Below, one piece after another: positions 54,667 through 64,000 of a stretch of 64,000 nt of DNA. Made by a program: the position numbers and the translations under genes. The notes below the pieces were generated by a model that was given only the letters and a program-made list of their open reading frames with translations, was not told the origin of the DNA and made no database searches. The DNA lies in contig CAWDVE010000017.1 of assembly GCA_963805625.1 (NCBI GenBank), positions 32,001 through 96,000 on the forward strand, given 5' to 3'. Source of the stretch: an uncultured Candidatus Rokubacteria bacterium. Lineage in GTDB: Bacteria > Methylomirabilota > Methylomirabilia > Rokubacteriales > DASRDR01. Each line of letters starts with the position of its first letter. The first letter of the stretch is position 1.

Positions 54667-57600
54667 GTGCTGACGGAACACTCGACCCGCGCGGGGCTCC
54701 CGCCGGCCGCCGACTTTCTCGATCCGGCGGTGCCGCCGCCGGCCTGCCTCGCGGCGCTCGGGCATCTGGGCTTCGTCGACCCGGCCGGCGCGCTCGCGAA
54801 CCTCCGCCGGCTCGCCGAGACGCCCGATCTGCGCGACCAGGCGGCGGCACTCCTGCCGCGGCTCCTCCACCACCTGGGGGCCTCGGCCGATCCCGACATG
54901 GCGCTCAACAACCTGGAGCGCCTCGCCGCGGCCGCACTCGACCGGCGCGGCTTCTATGCCCTGCTCGCCGCCCACCCGGAGGCCATCCCGATCCTGACGA
55001 CGCTCGTCGCGACGAGCCAGTTCCTGGCCGACGCGCTGATCCGCTCCCCGCAGACGGTCCCCTGGCTCCTCGATCCTGGCGTGATGCGGACACGCTCTCG
55101 CGAGGCGATGCACGCGGAGGTGGCCGGCGCCTGCCGTCCGTTCCGGACCGACGAGGCACGGCTCAACGCGCTCCGGCGGGTGAAGCGCCGCGAGCTGTGC
55201 CGGATCGGCCTCCGGGACCTGCTCGGGGACGCGGATCTCGTGACGACCACCCAGGAGCTGTCGGAGCTGGCCGACGCGTGTCTGGCGCAGGCCCGGGCGA
55301 TGGTGGAGCCGGCTCTCCACGCGCGCTACGGGCGGCCGGCGCACGTCGCCCCGGACGGCCAGCGGATGCCTACCGGGTTCGCGGTGATCGCGCTCGGCAA
55401 GCACGGGGGCGCCGAGCTCAACTACTCGTCCGACATCGACCTCTGCTTCGTCTACGAGGACGAGGGCGAGACGGACGGGCCGGAGGTCGTGTCGAGCCGG
55501 GCGTACTTCGCGCGCCTGGCCGAGCATCTGGTGGGGGCGCTGACCGCGATGACGGAGGAGGGCACGGCCTACCGGGTCGACCTCCGGCTCCGGCCCGAGG
55601 GGACCGGCGGCCCGCTTGCCCTCCCGCTCGCCGCCTACCGCTCCTACCATGCGGCGCGCGGGGCCCTCTGGGAGCGCCAGGCGCTGATCAAGGCACGGAT
55701 GGCCACCGGGGACGAGCGGGTAGGGCAGGCGTTTCTCGATCTGGCGCGCGAGATCGTCTACCGACCCGGGCTCGAGCGCGAGGCGCTCGGAGAGATCCGG
55801 GCGATGAAGAACCGGATCGATCGGCGGCTGCGCGCGCGGGGGCAGCAGGAGCGGCATGTCAAGCTCGGCGTGGGCGGGATCCGCGATATCGAGTTCCACA
55901 TCCAGGCCCTCCAGCTCCTCTACGGCGGGCAGGATCCCTGGCTCCGCGAGCGCAACAGCTTGCGGGCCCTCCACCGGCTCGCCGAGCGCGGCTACCTGTC
56001 CTGGGAGGAGTCGGGGCGGCTCACGCACGGCTACGTCTTCCTGCGGACGATCGAGCACCGCCTCCAGATCCTCCACGCGCTCCAGACACACACGCTGCCT
56101 GCCGATCCGAACGAGCTCGCGAAGCTGGCGCGGCGCCTCGGCTACACGGGGGACCGGGAGGTCGTCGCGCGCACGTTCCTCCTCGACTACGACCGGACGC
56201 GCCGGACGGCCCGCACCGCGTTCGAGGGATTCTTCGACGCTCCTGGGCGGGAGGTGCCGGAGGCGCCGCCGTGGGACGCGGCGGCCGTCGCCGCGGTCGG
56301 CTTCGCCGATCCCGAGCGCGCGCGTCAGAACCTCCGTCTCCTGTGGGAAGGGCCGGCGCTGGTGGCGGTTCCTGCGGCTGTCCGGACCGCGCTGCGCACG
56401 CTGCTCCCCGCCACGCTCGCCGCGCTCGGGGCGGTGCCGGATCCGGACGCGGCCCTCGATGCGCTTGAGCGCTTCGTCGCCACCGCGGGGCCGCGAACGG
56501 CCTACCTCGCCCGGCTGGCCTCGACCCCGGCGCTGCTCGGCGGGATGCTCACGTTCTTCACGCGGTCGGAGCGGCTCGCGCAGACGCTGATCTCGCGGCC
56601 GGAGCTGCTCGACGCGCTGGGCCCGGCGGCCGGGACCCGGCCCCGGTCCGCGCGCCTGCTCCGGGCGGCGTTCCGCGAGTTCGCCGCCCCGGGGGCGGAC
56701 GCCGCCGACCGGCTCCGGCTCTTCAAGCAGCGGGAGGAACTCGAGATCGCCTGGCGCGACCTCGTCCTCGGCGAGCGGCCAACCCGGGTCGCATGGGCGC
56801 TCGGCGAACTGGCCGAGGCGAGCGTCGCCATCGCCTGGGAGCTGGCCGTCGCCGAGGCTCGAGCCGCCCGGGGCGAGCCCCTGGTCGACGGACGACCCGT
56901 GCCGGCGCTGGTCGTCGGCATGGGCAAGCTCGGGGGCCGTGAGCTCGACTACGGATCCGACCTCGACCTGGTCGTCCTCTATGACGGGCAGCGTGAGACC
57001 GGCCCGGAGGCACACGTCTACTTCGACCGGGTGGTCGACCGCCTCTACACCATCCTGACCGCGATCACGCGGACGGGCCAGGTGTTCCGCGTGGACCTCC
57101 GCCTCCGCCAGGGCGGCAAGGCCACGGCGCTCGCTCACTCCCTGGAGACTCTCGACCGCTACCTCCAGGAGGAGGCGGCCCTCTGGGAGCGCCAGGCGCT
57201 CGTGCGCGCCCGGCCGATCCTCGGCGACCCGCCGCTCGCCCGGCGCTTCATGACGCTCCGCCGCATACGGGTCTTCGGCCCCGGGCTCTCGGAGCAAGAG
57301 CGCGCGGAGATCCACCACGTCCGGATGCGCATGGAGCGGGAGCTCGGGCGGGAGGGGCCTGGGCGCATCCACCTCAAGTTCGGCGCCGGTGGGCTCGTGG
57401 ACGTCGAGTTCCTGGTCCAGGTCCTCCAGCTGACCCACGGTGCGCGTCACGGGACGCTCAGGACACCGTCGACGCGCCTCGCCCTCGCGCGTCTCGGCGC
57501 GCTCGGACTGCTGCCGGATGCCGCCGCCCGCGGGCTCCTGGAAGCCTACGAGTTCCTTCGCCGGCTCCTCCGGTCGCTGCGCCTCGGCCAGGTGCGGCCG

Positions 57601-57750
57601 GCCGACTGTCTCCCGACGACGGGCCACGTGCTCGCGCGGCTCGCGCGGGAGGCGGGCCAGGATGGCGGCCGGGCGCTCCTCGCGCGGCACCGCGAGGTGG
57701 CGGAGTTCGTACGGGCGGAGTATTTTCGGGTCGTGGGAGGGGACGCGTGA
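54667..57750 (+). CDS. glnE: Glutamine synthetase adenylyltransferase
   Basis: Two nucleotidyltransferase domains (GKHGGAELNYSSDID; GKLGGRELDYGSDLD), each with VDLRLR and WERQAL. Confidence 0.93.
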   Translation: MLTEHSTRAGLPPAADFLDPAVPPPACLAALGHLGFVDPAGALANLRRLAETPDLRDQAAALLPRLLHHLGASADPDMALNNLERLAAAALDRRGFYALLAAHPEAIPILTTLVATSQFLADALIRSPQTVPWLLDPGVMRTRSREAMHAEVAGACRPFRTDEARLNALRRVKRRELCRIGLRDLLGDADLVTTTQELSELADACLAQARAMVEPALHARYGRPAHVAPDGQRMPTGFAVIALGKHGGAELNYSSDIDLCFVYEDEGETDGPEVVSSRAYFARLAEHLVGALTAMTEEGTAYRVDLRLRPEGTGGPLALPLAAYRSYHAARGALWERQALIKARMATGDERVGQAFLDLAREIVYRPGLEREALGEIRAMKNRIDRRLRARGQQERHVKLGVGGIRDIEFHIQALQLLYGGQDPWLRERNSLRALHRLAERGYLSWEESGRLTHGYVFLRTIEHRLQILHALQTHTLPADPNELAKLARRLGYTGDREVVARTFLLDYDRTRRTARTAFEGFFDAPGREVPEAPPWDAAAVAAVGFADPERARQNLRLLWEGPALVAVPAAVRTALRTLLPATLAALGAVPDPDAALDALERFVATAGPRTAYLARLASTPALLGGMLTFFTRSERLAQTLISRPELLDALGPAAGTRPRSARLLRAAFREFAAPGADAADRLRLFKQREELEIAWRDLVLGERPTRVAWALGELAEASVAIAWELAVAEARAARGEPLVDGRPVPALVVGMGKLGGRELDYGSDLDLVVLYDGQRETGPEAHVYFDRVVDRLYTILTAITRTGQVFRVDLRLRQGGKATALAHSLETLDRYLQEEAALWERQALVRARPILGDPPLARRFMTLRRIRVFGPGLSEQERAEIHHVRMRMERELGREGPGRIHLKFGAGGLVDVEFLVQVLQLTHGARHGTLRTPSTRLALARLGALGLLPDAAARGLLEAYEFLRRLLRSLRLGQVRPADCLPTTGHVLARLAREAGQDGGRALLARHREVAEFVRAEYFRVVGGDA

Positions 57751-57808
57751 GTCCGCAGGCCGAAGGCCGTCCACCTCAGGCCGAAGGCTGTCCGACAAGG
57801 CTGGCCCA

Positions 57809-60418
57809 GTGAGCGAGTCGGGGTCGGAGCGCTTCTACCTCGTGGACGGCCCGTCGTACCTCTATCGCGCCTATCATGCCATCGGCCATCTCTCGACGTC
57901 GCGCGGCCTGCCGACCAACGCGACGCTCGGGATGACCATGATGCTTTGGAAGCTTCTCCGCGAGGACCGGCCGACCTACATGGGGATCGCCTGGGACGCG
58001 CCGGGCCCCACCTTCCGGCACCAGCAGTTCGAGGCCTACAAGCTCCAGCGCCCCGGAATGCCGAAGGACCTGGTCGAGCAGATCCCGTGGGTCCGCCGGT
58101 CGCTGGAGGCGATGGGTCTCCCGCTGCTCGAGGTGCCGGGGTACGAGGCGGACGACATCCTGGCGACCGCCGCCCGCCGGCTCCGCGACACGTCGATCGA
58201 CCTGGTGCTGGTCACGGCCGACAAGGACGCCCTTCAGCTCGTCGACCCGCGCGTCACGGTGCTTTCGGTCCTCGGCCGCACCGGGGAGCGCGTCCTCTAC
58301 GATTCCGCGAAGGTCGAGGAGCGCTGGGGCGTCCCGCCGGCGCGCATCCCCGACATCCTCGCGCTGATGGGCGACTCGATCGACAACATCCCGGGGGTGC
58401 CCGGGGTGGGGGAGGTGACGGCGCAGAAGCTCCTGCGGGAGTTCGGGAGCCTGGAGGCGCTCTACGCAAATCTCGCGGTCGTCACCGGACCGAAGCTCCG
58501 CGAGGCGCTGGCGCGTCACCGCGACCAGGCCTTCCTCTCGCGCCAGCTGGCGGTCCTCGAGGGGACGCTCCCCATCGAGCTCGACCTGGAGAGCTTCCGG
58601 GTCCGGGAGCCCGAGTGGGAGCGCCTGCGCGCGCTCTGGACCGAGCTCGAGTTCTCCGCGCTCCTCCGGCAGATCCCGGCGCGCGCCGTGGCCCTGCCCG
58701 CCGAGACCGTGCCGGTGGTCGACCGGGCGGGGTGGCGCGACTTCCTCGCCCGCGCCGGCGGGCGCCTTGCGGTCGAGCCCGTTCTCGGGGGGAGCGCGCC
58801 CGAGTTCACCCTCCACGGGGTGGCGGCGTACGCGCCGGCGGCCGGCGCGCGCTACCATGTGGGCTGGCCGGAGATCCCCGCCGAGGTGAGGCTGGTGGGG
58901 CACGACACGAAGGCCCTCGTCGGCTGGGCGCGGGGCGCGGAGGTCGCCCTGGGCGCGGGGGGGGTCGACGACACGGCCGTGGCGGCGTATCTCCTCAACT
59001 CCGGCCGGAGCGGGTACCCGCTCGACCAGCTGGCGGCCGAGGCGGGGGGACCCGCCGTGCCTGGCGCACTCGAGATGCTCCTCGCCGGCGCGCCGGTGAG
59101 CGACGCGGATCCGGCGCGGCTCGCTGCGTGGACCGGCGCCCGGGCGGAGGGCGTGTGGCGGCTCGCCGAGTCCCAGGCGCCGTTGCTCCGCGAGCACGGG
59201 CTGGCGCACCTCTACGAGACGCTCGAGGTGCCGCTCGTCCCCATCCTCGCCGACATGGAGCGGCTCGGGATCCGGGCCGATCCCGAGCGCCTGGGTCAGC
59301 TGGCGAAGGAGCTCGACACTCAGCTCGATGCGCTCCTGCGGGAGATCCATCAGCTCGCCGGCGAGGCGGTCAACCCGAACTCGCCGAAACAGCTGGCGGT
59401 CGTGCTCTTCGAGAAGCTGAAGCTGCCGCCGCTCAAACGCACGAAGACCGGCTACTCCACCGACGTGGACGTGCTGGAGGAGCTGGCGCTCGGGCACGCG
59501 CTCCCGGGGAAGATCCTGGAGTACCGCCAGCTCGCCAAGCTCAAGGGCACGTACGCGGACGCGCTCCCGGCGCTCATCCATCCGCGGACGGGGCGCATCC
59601 ACACCTCGTTCAACCAGCTGGTCGCTGCGACGGGGCGGCTGTCGTCGTCGAACCCGAATCTCCAGAACATCCCGATCCGTACCGAGCTCGGCCGGCGCAT
59701 CCGCCAGGCGTTCATCCCGGAGGACGGGTGGCGCTTCGTGGCCGCCGACTACTCGCAGATCGAGCTGCGGATCCTCGCGCACTTCTCGGAGGAGCCGGCC
59801 CTGGTCGAGGCGTTCCGCCGGGGGGAGGACATCCACACGCGCACCGCCGCGCAGATCATGGGCGCGGCGCCCGAAGCGGTCACGTCGGAGATGCGGCGCC
59901 TGGCCAAGGTGGTCAACTTCGGGATCCTCTACGGTCTCTCCGGATTCGGGCTCTCGCAGGCCGTGTCGATCGGCCGGGCCGAGGCCCAGCGCTTCATCGA
60001 CGACTACTTCGCGACGCACCCGCGCGTGCGGGCCTACATCGACCGCGTGGTGGCCGAGGGCCGGGTGCAGGGGTACGTCACGACCCTTCTCGGGCGGCGC
60101 CGCTACCTGCCGGAGCTTGGCGCGCGGAATCCGGTGGCCCGGAACGCCGCCGAGCGGATGGCCGCCAACGCGCCGATCCAGGGCACTGCGTCCGACATCA
60201 TCAAGCTCGCGATGGTGCGCCTCGCGGCAGCGCTCGCCGCGCGGGGACTCCGCAGCCGGATGCTGCTCCAGGTCCACGACGAGCTCCTCCTGGAGGTCCC
60301 GGACGCCGAGACGGCGGCCGTGCGGGAGCTCCTGCCTGAGATCATGGAGGCCATCGTGGCGTTGGCCGTGCCCCTGCGGGTCGATGTCAAGGAGGGCCGC
60401 GACTGGGCGGAGGTCTAG
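57809..60418 (+). CDS. polA: DNA polymerase I
   Basis: 5'-3' exonuclease (EADD, GDSIDNIPGV), TGRLSS, DYSQIELR and QVHDEL. Confidence 0.96.
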   Translation: MSESGSERFYLVDGPSYLYRAYHAIGHLSTSRGLPTNATLGMTMMLWKLLREDRPTYMGIAWDAPGPTFRHQQFEAYKLQRPGMPKDLVEQIPWVRRSLEAMGLPLLEVPGYEADDILATAARRLRDTSIDLVLVTADKDALQLVDPRVTVLSVLGRTGERVLYDSAKVEERWGVPPARIPDILALMGDSIDNIPGVPGVGEVTAQKLLREFGSLEALYANLAVVTGPKLREALARHRDQAFLSRQLAVLEGTLPIELDLESFRVREPEWERLRALWTELEFSALLRQIPARAVALPAETVPVVDRAGWRDFLARAGGRLAVEPVLGGSAPEFTLHGVAAYAPAAGARYHVGWPEIPAEVRLVGHDTKALVGWARGAEVALGAGGVDDTAVAAYLLNSGRSGYPLDQLAAEAGGPAVPGALEMLLAGAPVSDADPARLAAWTGARAEGVWRLAESQAPLLREHGLAHLYETLEVPLVPILADMERLGIRADPERLGQLAKELDTQLDALLREIHQLAGEAVNPNSPKQLAVVLFEKLKLPPLKRTKTGYSTDVDVLEELALGHALPGKILEYRQLAKLKGTYADALPALIHPRTGRIHTSFNQLVAATGRLSSSNPNLQNIPIRTELGRRIRQAFIPEDGWRFVAADYSQIELRILAHFSEEPALVEAFRRGEDIHTRTAAQIMGAAPEAVTSEMRRLAKVVNFGILYGLSGFGLSQAVSIGRAEAQRFIDDYFATHPRVRAYIDRVVAEGRVQGYVTTLLGRRRYLPELGARNPVARNAAERMAANAPIQGTASDIIKLAMVRLAAALAARGLRSRMLLQVHDELLLEVPDAETAAVRELLPEIMEAIVALAVPLRVDVKEGRDWAEV

Positions 60419-60461
60419 TCCCAGGGCAAGGCGGGATCGAGCCCCCGCCTGCGCCGACCGG

Positions 60462-61697
60462 TCAGATCGCGCCGCGCGCCTTGAGCAGGGCCACGTCGAA
60501 ACCGAGGAGATCGCCCCAGATCGCGTCGTTGTCGCTGCCTACGAGCGGGGCCGGCGTCGCATAGCCGGCCTGCGTCGCGCCGAACTTCAGCGGAAAGCCG
60601 GGCGCCACCACCTCCGGCCGGGGCCCCAGGGTCGGGTGGCGGAGCGGCTCCAGCATGCCGCGCGCCACGAGCTGCGGCCACGCTTTCAGGCCGTCGATAT
60701 CGTGAATCGGGCCGCAGGCCAGCTCTTCGGCGCGCAGGCGGGCGGTCGCCTGCGCCGTCCGGCGCTCCCGTGTCCATGCCGCGACGACGGCATCAACGCG
60801 GTCATTGTTCGCGAGCCGCCACTCGCGAGTCATGAAGTTCGCGTCGCCTTTCAAGTCGGCGCGGTCGATCGCGTCGAGCAGGCGTGACCATTCGGTGTCG
60901 CTGGCGGTGCCGATGGCGATCCACCCGTCCGCCGTGGGATAGACGTTGAACGGGGAGACACGTGGGATGCGGTTGCCTTGGCGTGTCGGCCAGCCCAGCG
61001 TCTGCCACACATCGAGCGACTCGTCCAGCACGAGTGCGAGCAGACAGTCGACCATGCTGACGTCGACGTGCTGCCCCTCTCCGCTCCGAAACCGGTGCAG
61101 CAGTGCCGCCAGGATCCCGGCGAAGGCGAAGGTCCCCGCGACCGTGTCGGCCAGCGGCGAGCCGGCCTTCATCGGCGGTCCCTCGGGGTCGCCCGTGATG
61201 CTCATCAACCCCGCCGCCGCCTGCGCCATCGTGTCGTAGGCCTTCACCGCTGCATCCGGGCCGGTCTGGCCGTAGCCGCTGATCGAGCAGTAGACGATAT
61301 CGGGCTTCACGGCCCTGCAGGCCGCGTAGTCGACGCCGAGCTGGGCCGCCGTTCCGACGCTCCAGTTCTCGACCACCACATCGGCCTTGCGCACGAGCGC
61401 CAGGAACAGCGCCGAACCCTCGAGGTGCTTCAGGTTCAGCGTGATCGCCCGCTTGCCCCGGGCGCGTTTCAGGTAGGGCACGCCGAGGTCCTGCGGTGTC
61501 CGCCGGCGGAGCGACAAGCCTTCCGAGCCCAGATACGGCGGGCTGTCGGCGGTCACGTCGCCGGTCGCCGGGTTGTCGACGTGGATCACCTCGGCGCCGA
61601 GCCCGGCGAGGAACAAGGTCGCCTGCGGCCCCGACAAGTACTGCGTGAGGTCCACCACGCGGATGCCCGAGAGGATCCCCGACATGCCGCGTCTCAC
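60462..61697 (-). CDS. CaiB/BaiF class III CoA-transferase
   Basis: GIRVVDL, RGKRAITLNLK, ADVVVEN, SGYGQTGP and AYD; alternative start at 61685. Confidence 0.92.
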   Translation of the reverse strand: MRRGMSGILSGIRVVDLTQYLSGPQATLFLAGLGAEVIHVDNPATGDVTADSPPYLGSEGLSLRRRTPQDLGVPYLKRARGKRAITLNLKHLEGSALFLALVRKADVVVENWSVGTAAQLGVDYAACRAVKPDIVYCSISGYGQTGPDAAVKAYDTMAQAAAGLMSITGDPEGPPMKAGSPLADTVAGTFAFAGILAALLHRFRSGEGQHVDVSMVDCLLALVLDESLDVWQTLGWPTRQGNRIPRVSPFNVYPTADGWIAIGTASDTEWSRLLDAIDRADLKGDANFMTREWRLANNDRVDAVVAAWTRERRTAQATARLRAEELACGPIHDIDGLKAWPQLVARGMLEPLRHPTLGPRPEVVAPGFPLKFGATQAGYATPAPLVGSDNDAIWGDLLGFDVALLKARGAI

Positions 61698-62254
61698 GTG
61701 TGGCTGAAACGGCCGAGCCAGATGTTGATCGCCTGCGTCGCGGCGTCCACCGCTCGCATCTCGATCTCCGCGTCGGTCAAGGTGCTGAGCGGGTGCTGGA
61801 TCACCGCCGGCGCCAGGGCTCCCATCCCCAGGGCCGTGCGCTGCACCTCAGCCTCGTGCAGGAACTCGGTGGTCACCACCACCGCGGTCGGCCGATTCAG
61901 GGTCTCCAGGCGGACGCCGTCGTGCATACAGCACGATGTGCAGGACCCTCAATCGCCGATGGCGGTCAAGACGATGTCGTTGCCCGCGGCGATGTCGTCG
62001 ATGAGCTCGGGCGCCGCCGCCCTCGAGAAGCTCTCCTTGCGGTAGTAGGTCACTGCGCCGAAGGGATGCACGGCGACGAGCTTCTCTGTCACTTTGCGCA
62101 ACAGCTTGCCCGCGTTCCATTTCGTGTTGTCGAGCACGGCGAGGCGGAGGCCATCGAGTCGCTCGACACGCGGCGCGATCGGCTGCGGTGTCGCCGCCAC
62201 GGCGCCGCGCGGGTCGTAGACCGGCAGGCCCTGATTCGGAACCATGTGGTCCAT
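61694..62254 (-). CDS. UGSC-family selenoprotein (UGA codon 102)
   Basis: Two track ORFs join in frame across one TGA (61949-61951): TAIGD-U-GSCTSCCMHD. Confidence 0.85.
61920..61936 (-). promoter_or_regulatory. Candidate bacterial SECIS hairpin
   Basis: TCGTGC-TGTAT-GCACGA, 12 nt after the UGA on the minus strand. Confidence 0.6.
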
Positions 62255-62273
62255 GCGTCATGCCTCCTCGAGG

Positions 62274-63359
62274 TCAGAGGTAGCAGGATCCATCGACACA
62301 GATCGGCCCCTTGACCGGCGTCGCCCCGTCGATGCCGCGGAGCACGGGACTGCTCATGTGGCCCCAGCCGGGGATGAAGGCGGAGAAGCGTCCCGCCTCG
62401 CCGCCCGCGACGAACAGATGGATGTGGTCGGGGCTCGGCACGATCGGGATATGCGAGTCGAGCTCGCGCTTGTACCAGACCGGGAGGTTGCGGTTGTACA
62501 CCTTGCCGTAGCGATGCTCGAACGCGAGCGCGCCGAACCGGTTGCCGGCGTTCGTCCAGAGATAATTGCGGATATCCGCGCGCCGCCAGCCGTGCGCAGC
62601 GATGGTGCGCGCGTGCTCGAGACCCAGCACGACCGCGCAGTGGCCAGACGACACCGCGTTGTTGTGGGCGATGGTGGACATTGCGGATACGATCGAATCG
62701 AGAATGCCCTGCGGATCGTTGGCGACGTGGTTGGTCACGCTGTGTGGTGGCTCGGCGGCGAGCACGAAGACGGTCGAGTCGCGCTCATCGAAACCCTTGT
62801 CGACGTGGTAGGGCGCGAATGGGCTCTGCGCCTCGTTCTCAGCGATGCAGTACGTGTATTTCCCGGGATGGCCGAGCGTCGCCTTGTCGAGATCTCCGGG
62901 CCAGGCGCCGCCGACATTGAGCAGGATCAGCCGGATCGCCCGGCCGATCGTGGCGTTTGCCCGGTTGCCGGAGCCGAAGCAGTTGCAGCCGGCGTTCATG
63001 CCGATCTCGCTCCCGAGCGGCCCGTTCACCACGAGCAGCGGTGCCGCCATGTGCGTCGTTGCCTGCACCCCGTTCAGGTTGAATGCCGCAGTGGTGAGCG
63101 CCAGCATCGCCGACCGCACGACGGGTGCGTAGGCCGGCTTGCAGCCGGCCATCACCAGGTTGATCGCCAGCACCTGCCGCGTCAGGTTGCCCCAGCGCGG
63201 CGGGACCCGGCACTCGACCAGGTCCGGCTCGCCGCCGAGCGACCGGAGCATCGCGACGATCTTTTCCGGTGTTGGCGGCGCGACCGGCAGGCCGTCCGAG
63301 AAGCCCTGCTCGTAGTACCACTCGACGAGGTCGACTGATGGATCGACGAGGGTGTCCAT
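62274..63359 (-). CDS. Uncharacterised DGLP-motif protein (usual partner of UGSC proteins)
   Basis: SDGLPVAPPT, AINLVMAGC, RANATIGRA and ENE..SP; C-terminal CVDGSC. Confidence 0.8.
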   Translation of the reverse strand: MDTLVDPSVDLVEWYYEQGFSDGLPVAPPTPEKIVAMLRSLGGEPDLVECRVPPRWGNLTRQVLAINLVMAGCKPAYAPVVRSAMLALTTAAFNLNGVQATTHMAAPLLVVNGPLGSEIGMNAGCNCFGSGNRANATIGRAIRLILLNVGGAWPGDLDKATLGHPGKYTYCIAENEAQSPFAPYHVDKGFDERDSTVFVLAAEPPHSVTNHVANDPQGILDSIVSAMSTIAHNNAVSSGHCAVVLGLEHARTIAAHGWRRADIRNYLWTNAGNRFGALAFEHRYGKVYNRNLPVWYKRELDSHIPIVPSPDHIHLFVAGGEAGRFSAFIPGWGHMSSPVLRGIDGATPVKGPICVDGSCYL

Positions 63360-63419
63360 GCCCTGTATGGTCCCCGGAACCCGTCGGCCATGCAATCTCT
63401 TTATTGATATGTACTGTCG

Positions 63420-63434
63420 ATGCATAATGTGCAT
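63420..63434. promoter_or_regulatory. LysR-type T-N11-A palindromic site
   Basis: ATGCA-TAATG-TGCAT in the AT-rich divergent intergenic gap. Confidence 0.6.
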
Positions 63435-63457
63435 GGATGGTGGCGGGGAGAGACGCG

Positions 63458-64000
63458 ATGCGATCCGCGGCGGACGTCTCGTCGCGCCAGCTCCGGGTGG
63501 TCATCGCGCTCGCGCGGTTTCGCAGCTTCGTGGGGGCGGCGGCGTTCCTCGGCTTGAGCCAGCCGGCGCTGTCCCGGGCCGTCCAGCGCCTCGAGCGATC
63601 GCTCGGCGTCACGCTGTTCAGCCGCAGCACGCGCCTGGTATCGCTGACGGCGGCCGGCCGTGATTTCCTCCCGACCGCGGAGCGCCTGCTGAGCGATCTC
63701 GACCGTCACCTTGGGCGCATGCGTGAACTGGCCGGCCAGCAGCGGGGATACGTGGTCGTGGCGAGCCTCATGTCGCTCGCGTACCGCGTCCTGCCAGCCG
63801 CGACGGCGGCGTACCGCCGGCGGTTCCCCGGTATCGACCTGTATCTCCGCGAGGGGGTCCAGGACGCCATCCTCGCCGACGTGCGCGGCTCGGTCGCCGA
63901 TCTCGGGATCGGCAATGTCAATGACGTGACCGCCCCGGTCGTCGCCGAGCCGCTCGGGGACGAGGCGTGTCTTCTCGTCCTGCCACGCAGGCATCCCTTC
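63458..64000 (+). CDS. LysR-family regulator (runs off the window)
   Basis: SFVGAAAFLGLSQPALSRAVQRLERSLGVTLFSRSTRLVSLTAAG; not in the ORF track. Confidence 0.92.
   Translation, partial: MRSAADVSSRQLRVVIALARFRSFVGAAAFLGLSQPALSRAVQRLERSLGVTLFSRSTRLVSLTAAGRDFLPTAERLLSDLDRHLGRMRELAGQQRGYVVVASLMSLAYRVLPAATAAYRRRFPGIDLYLREGVQDAILADVRGSVADLGIGNVNDVTAPVVAEPLGDEACLLVLPRRHPF

Overview
High-GC window whose gene families look like Candidatus Rokubacteria / Methylomirabilota (inference only). It has two halves. (1) About 1-32,907 is an accessory island lying off the 3' end of tRNA-Phe(GAA). Next to the tRNA are a tyrosine integrase, two excisionase-type HTH genes and a Zn-finger gene. The rest is dense with IS elements and remnants (ISAzo13 plus a 530-bp second copy, an rve-type IS, ISL3, and IS110, IS256 and IS21 fragments). 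Its cargo is a protein-quality-control set: groES-groEL-hflK-hflC, Hsp20, stomatin, a TPR protein, two GlsB/YeaQ proteins and a UGA-recoded peroxiredoxin. The top finding is that four promoters in this cargo share one 24-bp palindrome (ASTGTACTA-NNN-TAST-NA-TACAST) overlapping their -10 boxes. One copy precedes a GntR-family gene, and groES has no CIRCE, which suggests a mobile GntR-controlled chaperone regulon. (2) About 33,900-64,000 looks like core chromosome: hydantoinase B/A, a class III aminotransferase, a partly decayed surface-glycan locus, gltX, a phosphatase, a Na/Pi transporter, glgA, glnB, glnE, polA, and a LysR-controlled operon with a second UGA-recoded (UGSC-type) selenoprotein and a CoA-transferase. 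groEL, hflK, stomatin and asnB carry frameshifts, which may be decay or assembly errors. All calls come from reading the sequence by eye; no searches were run.
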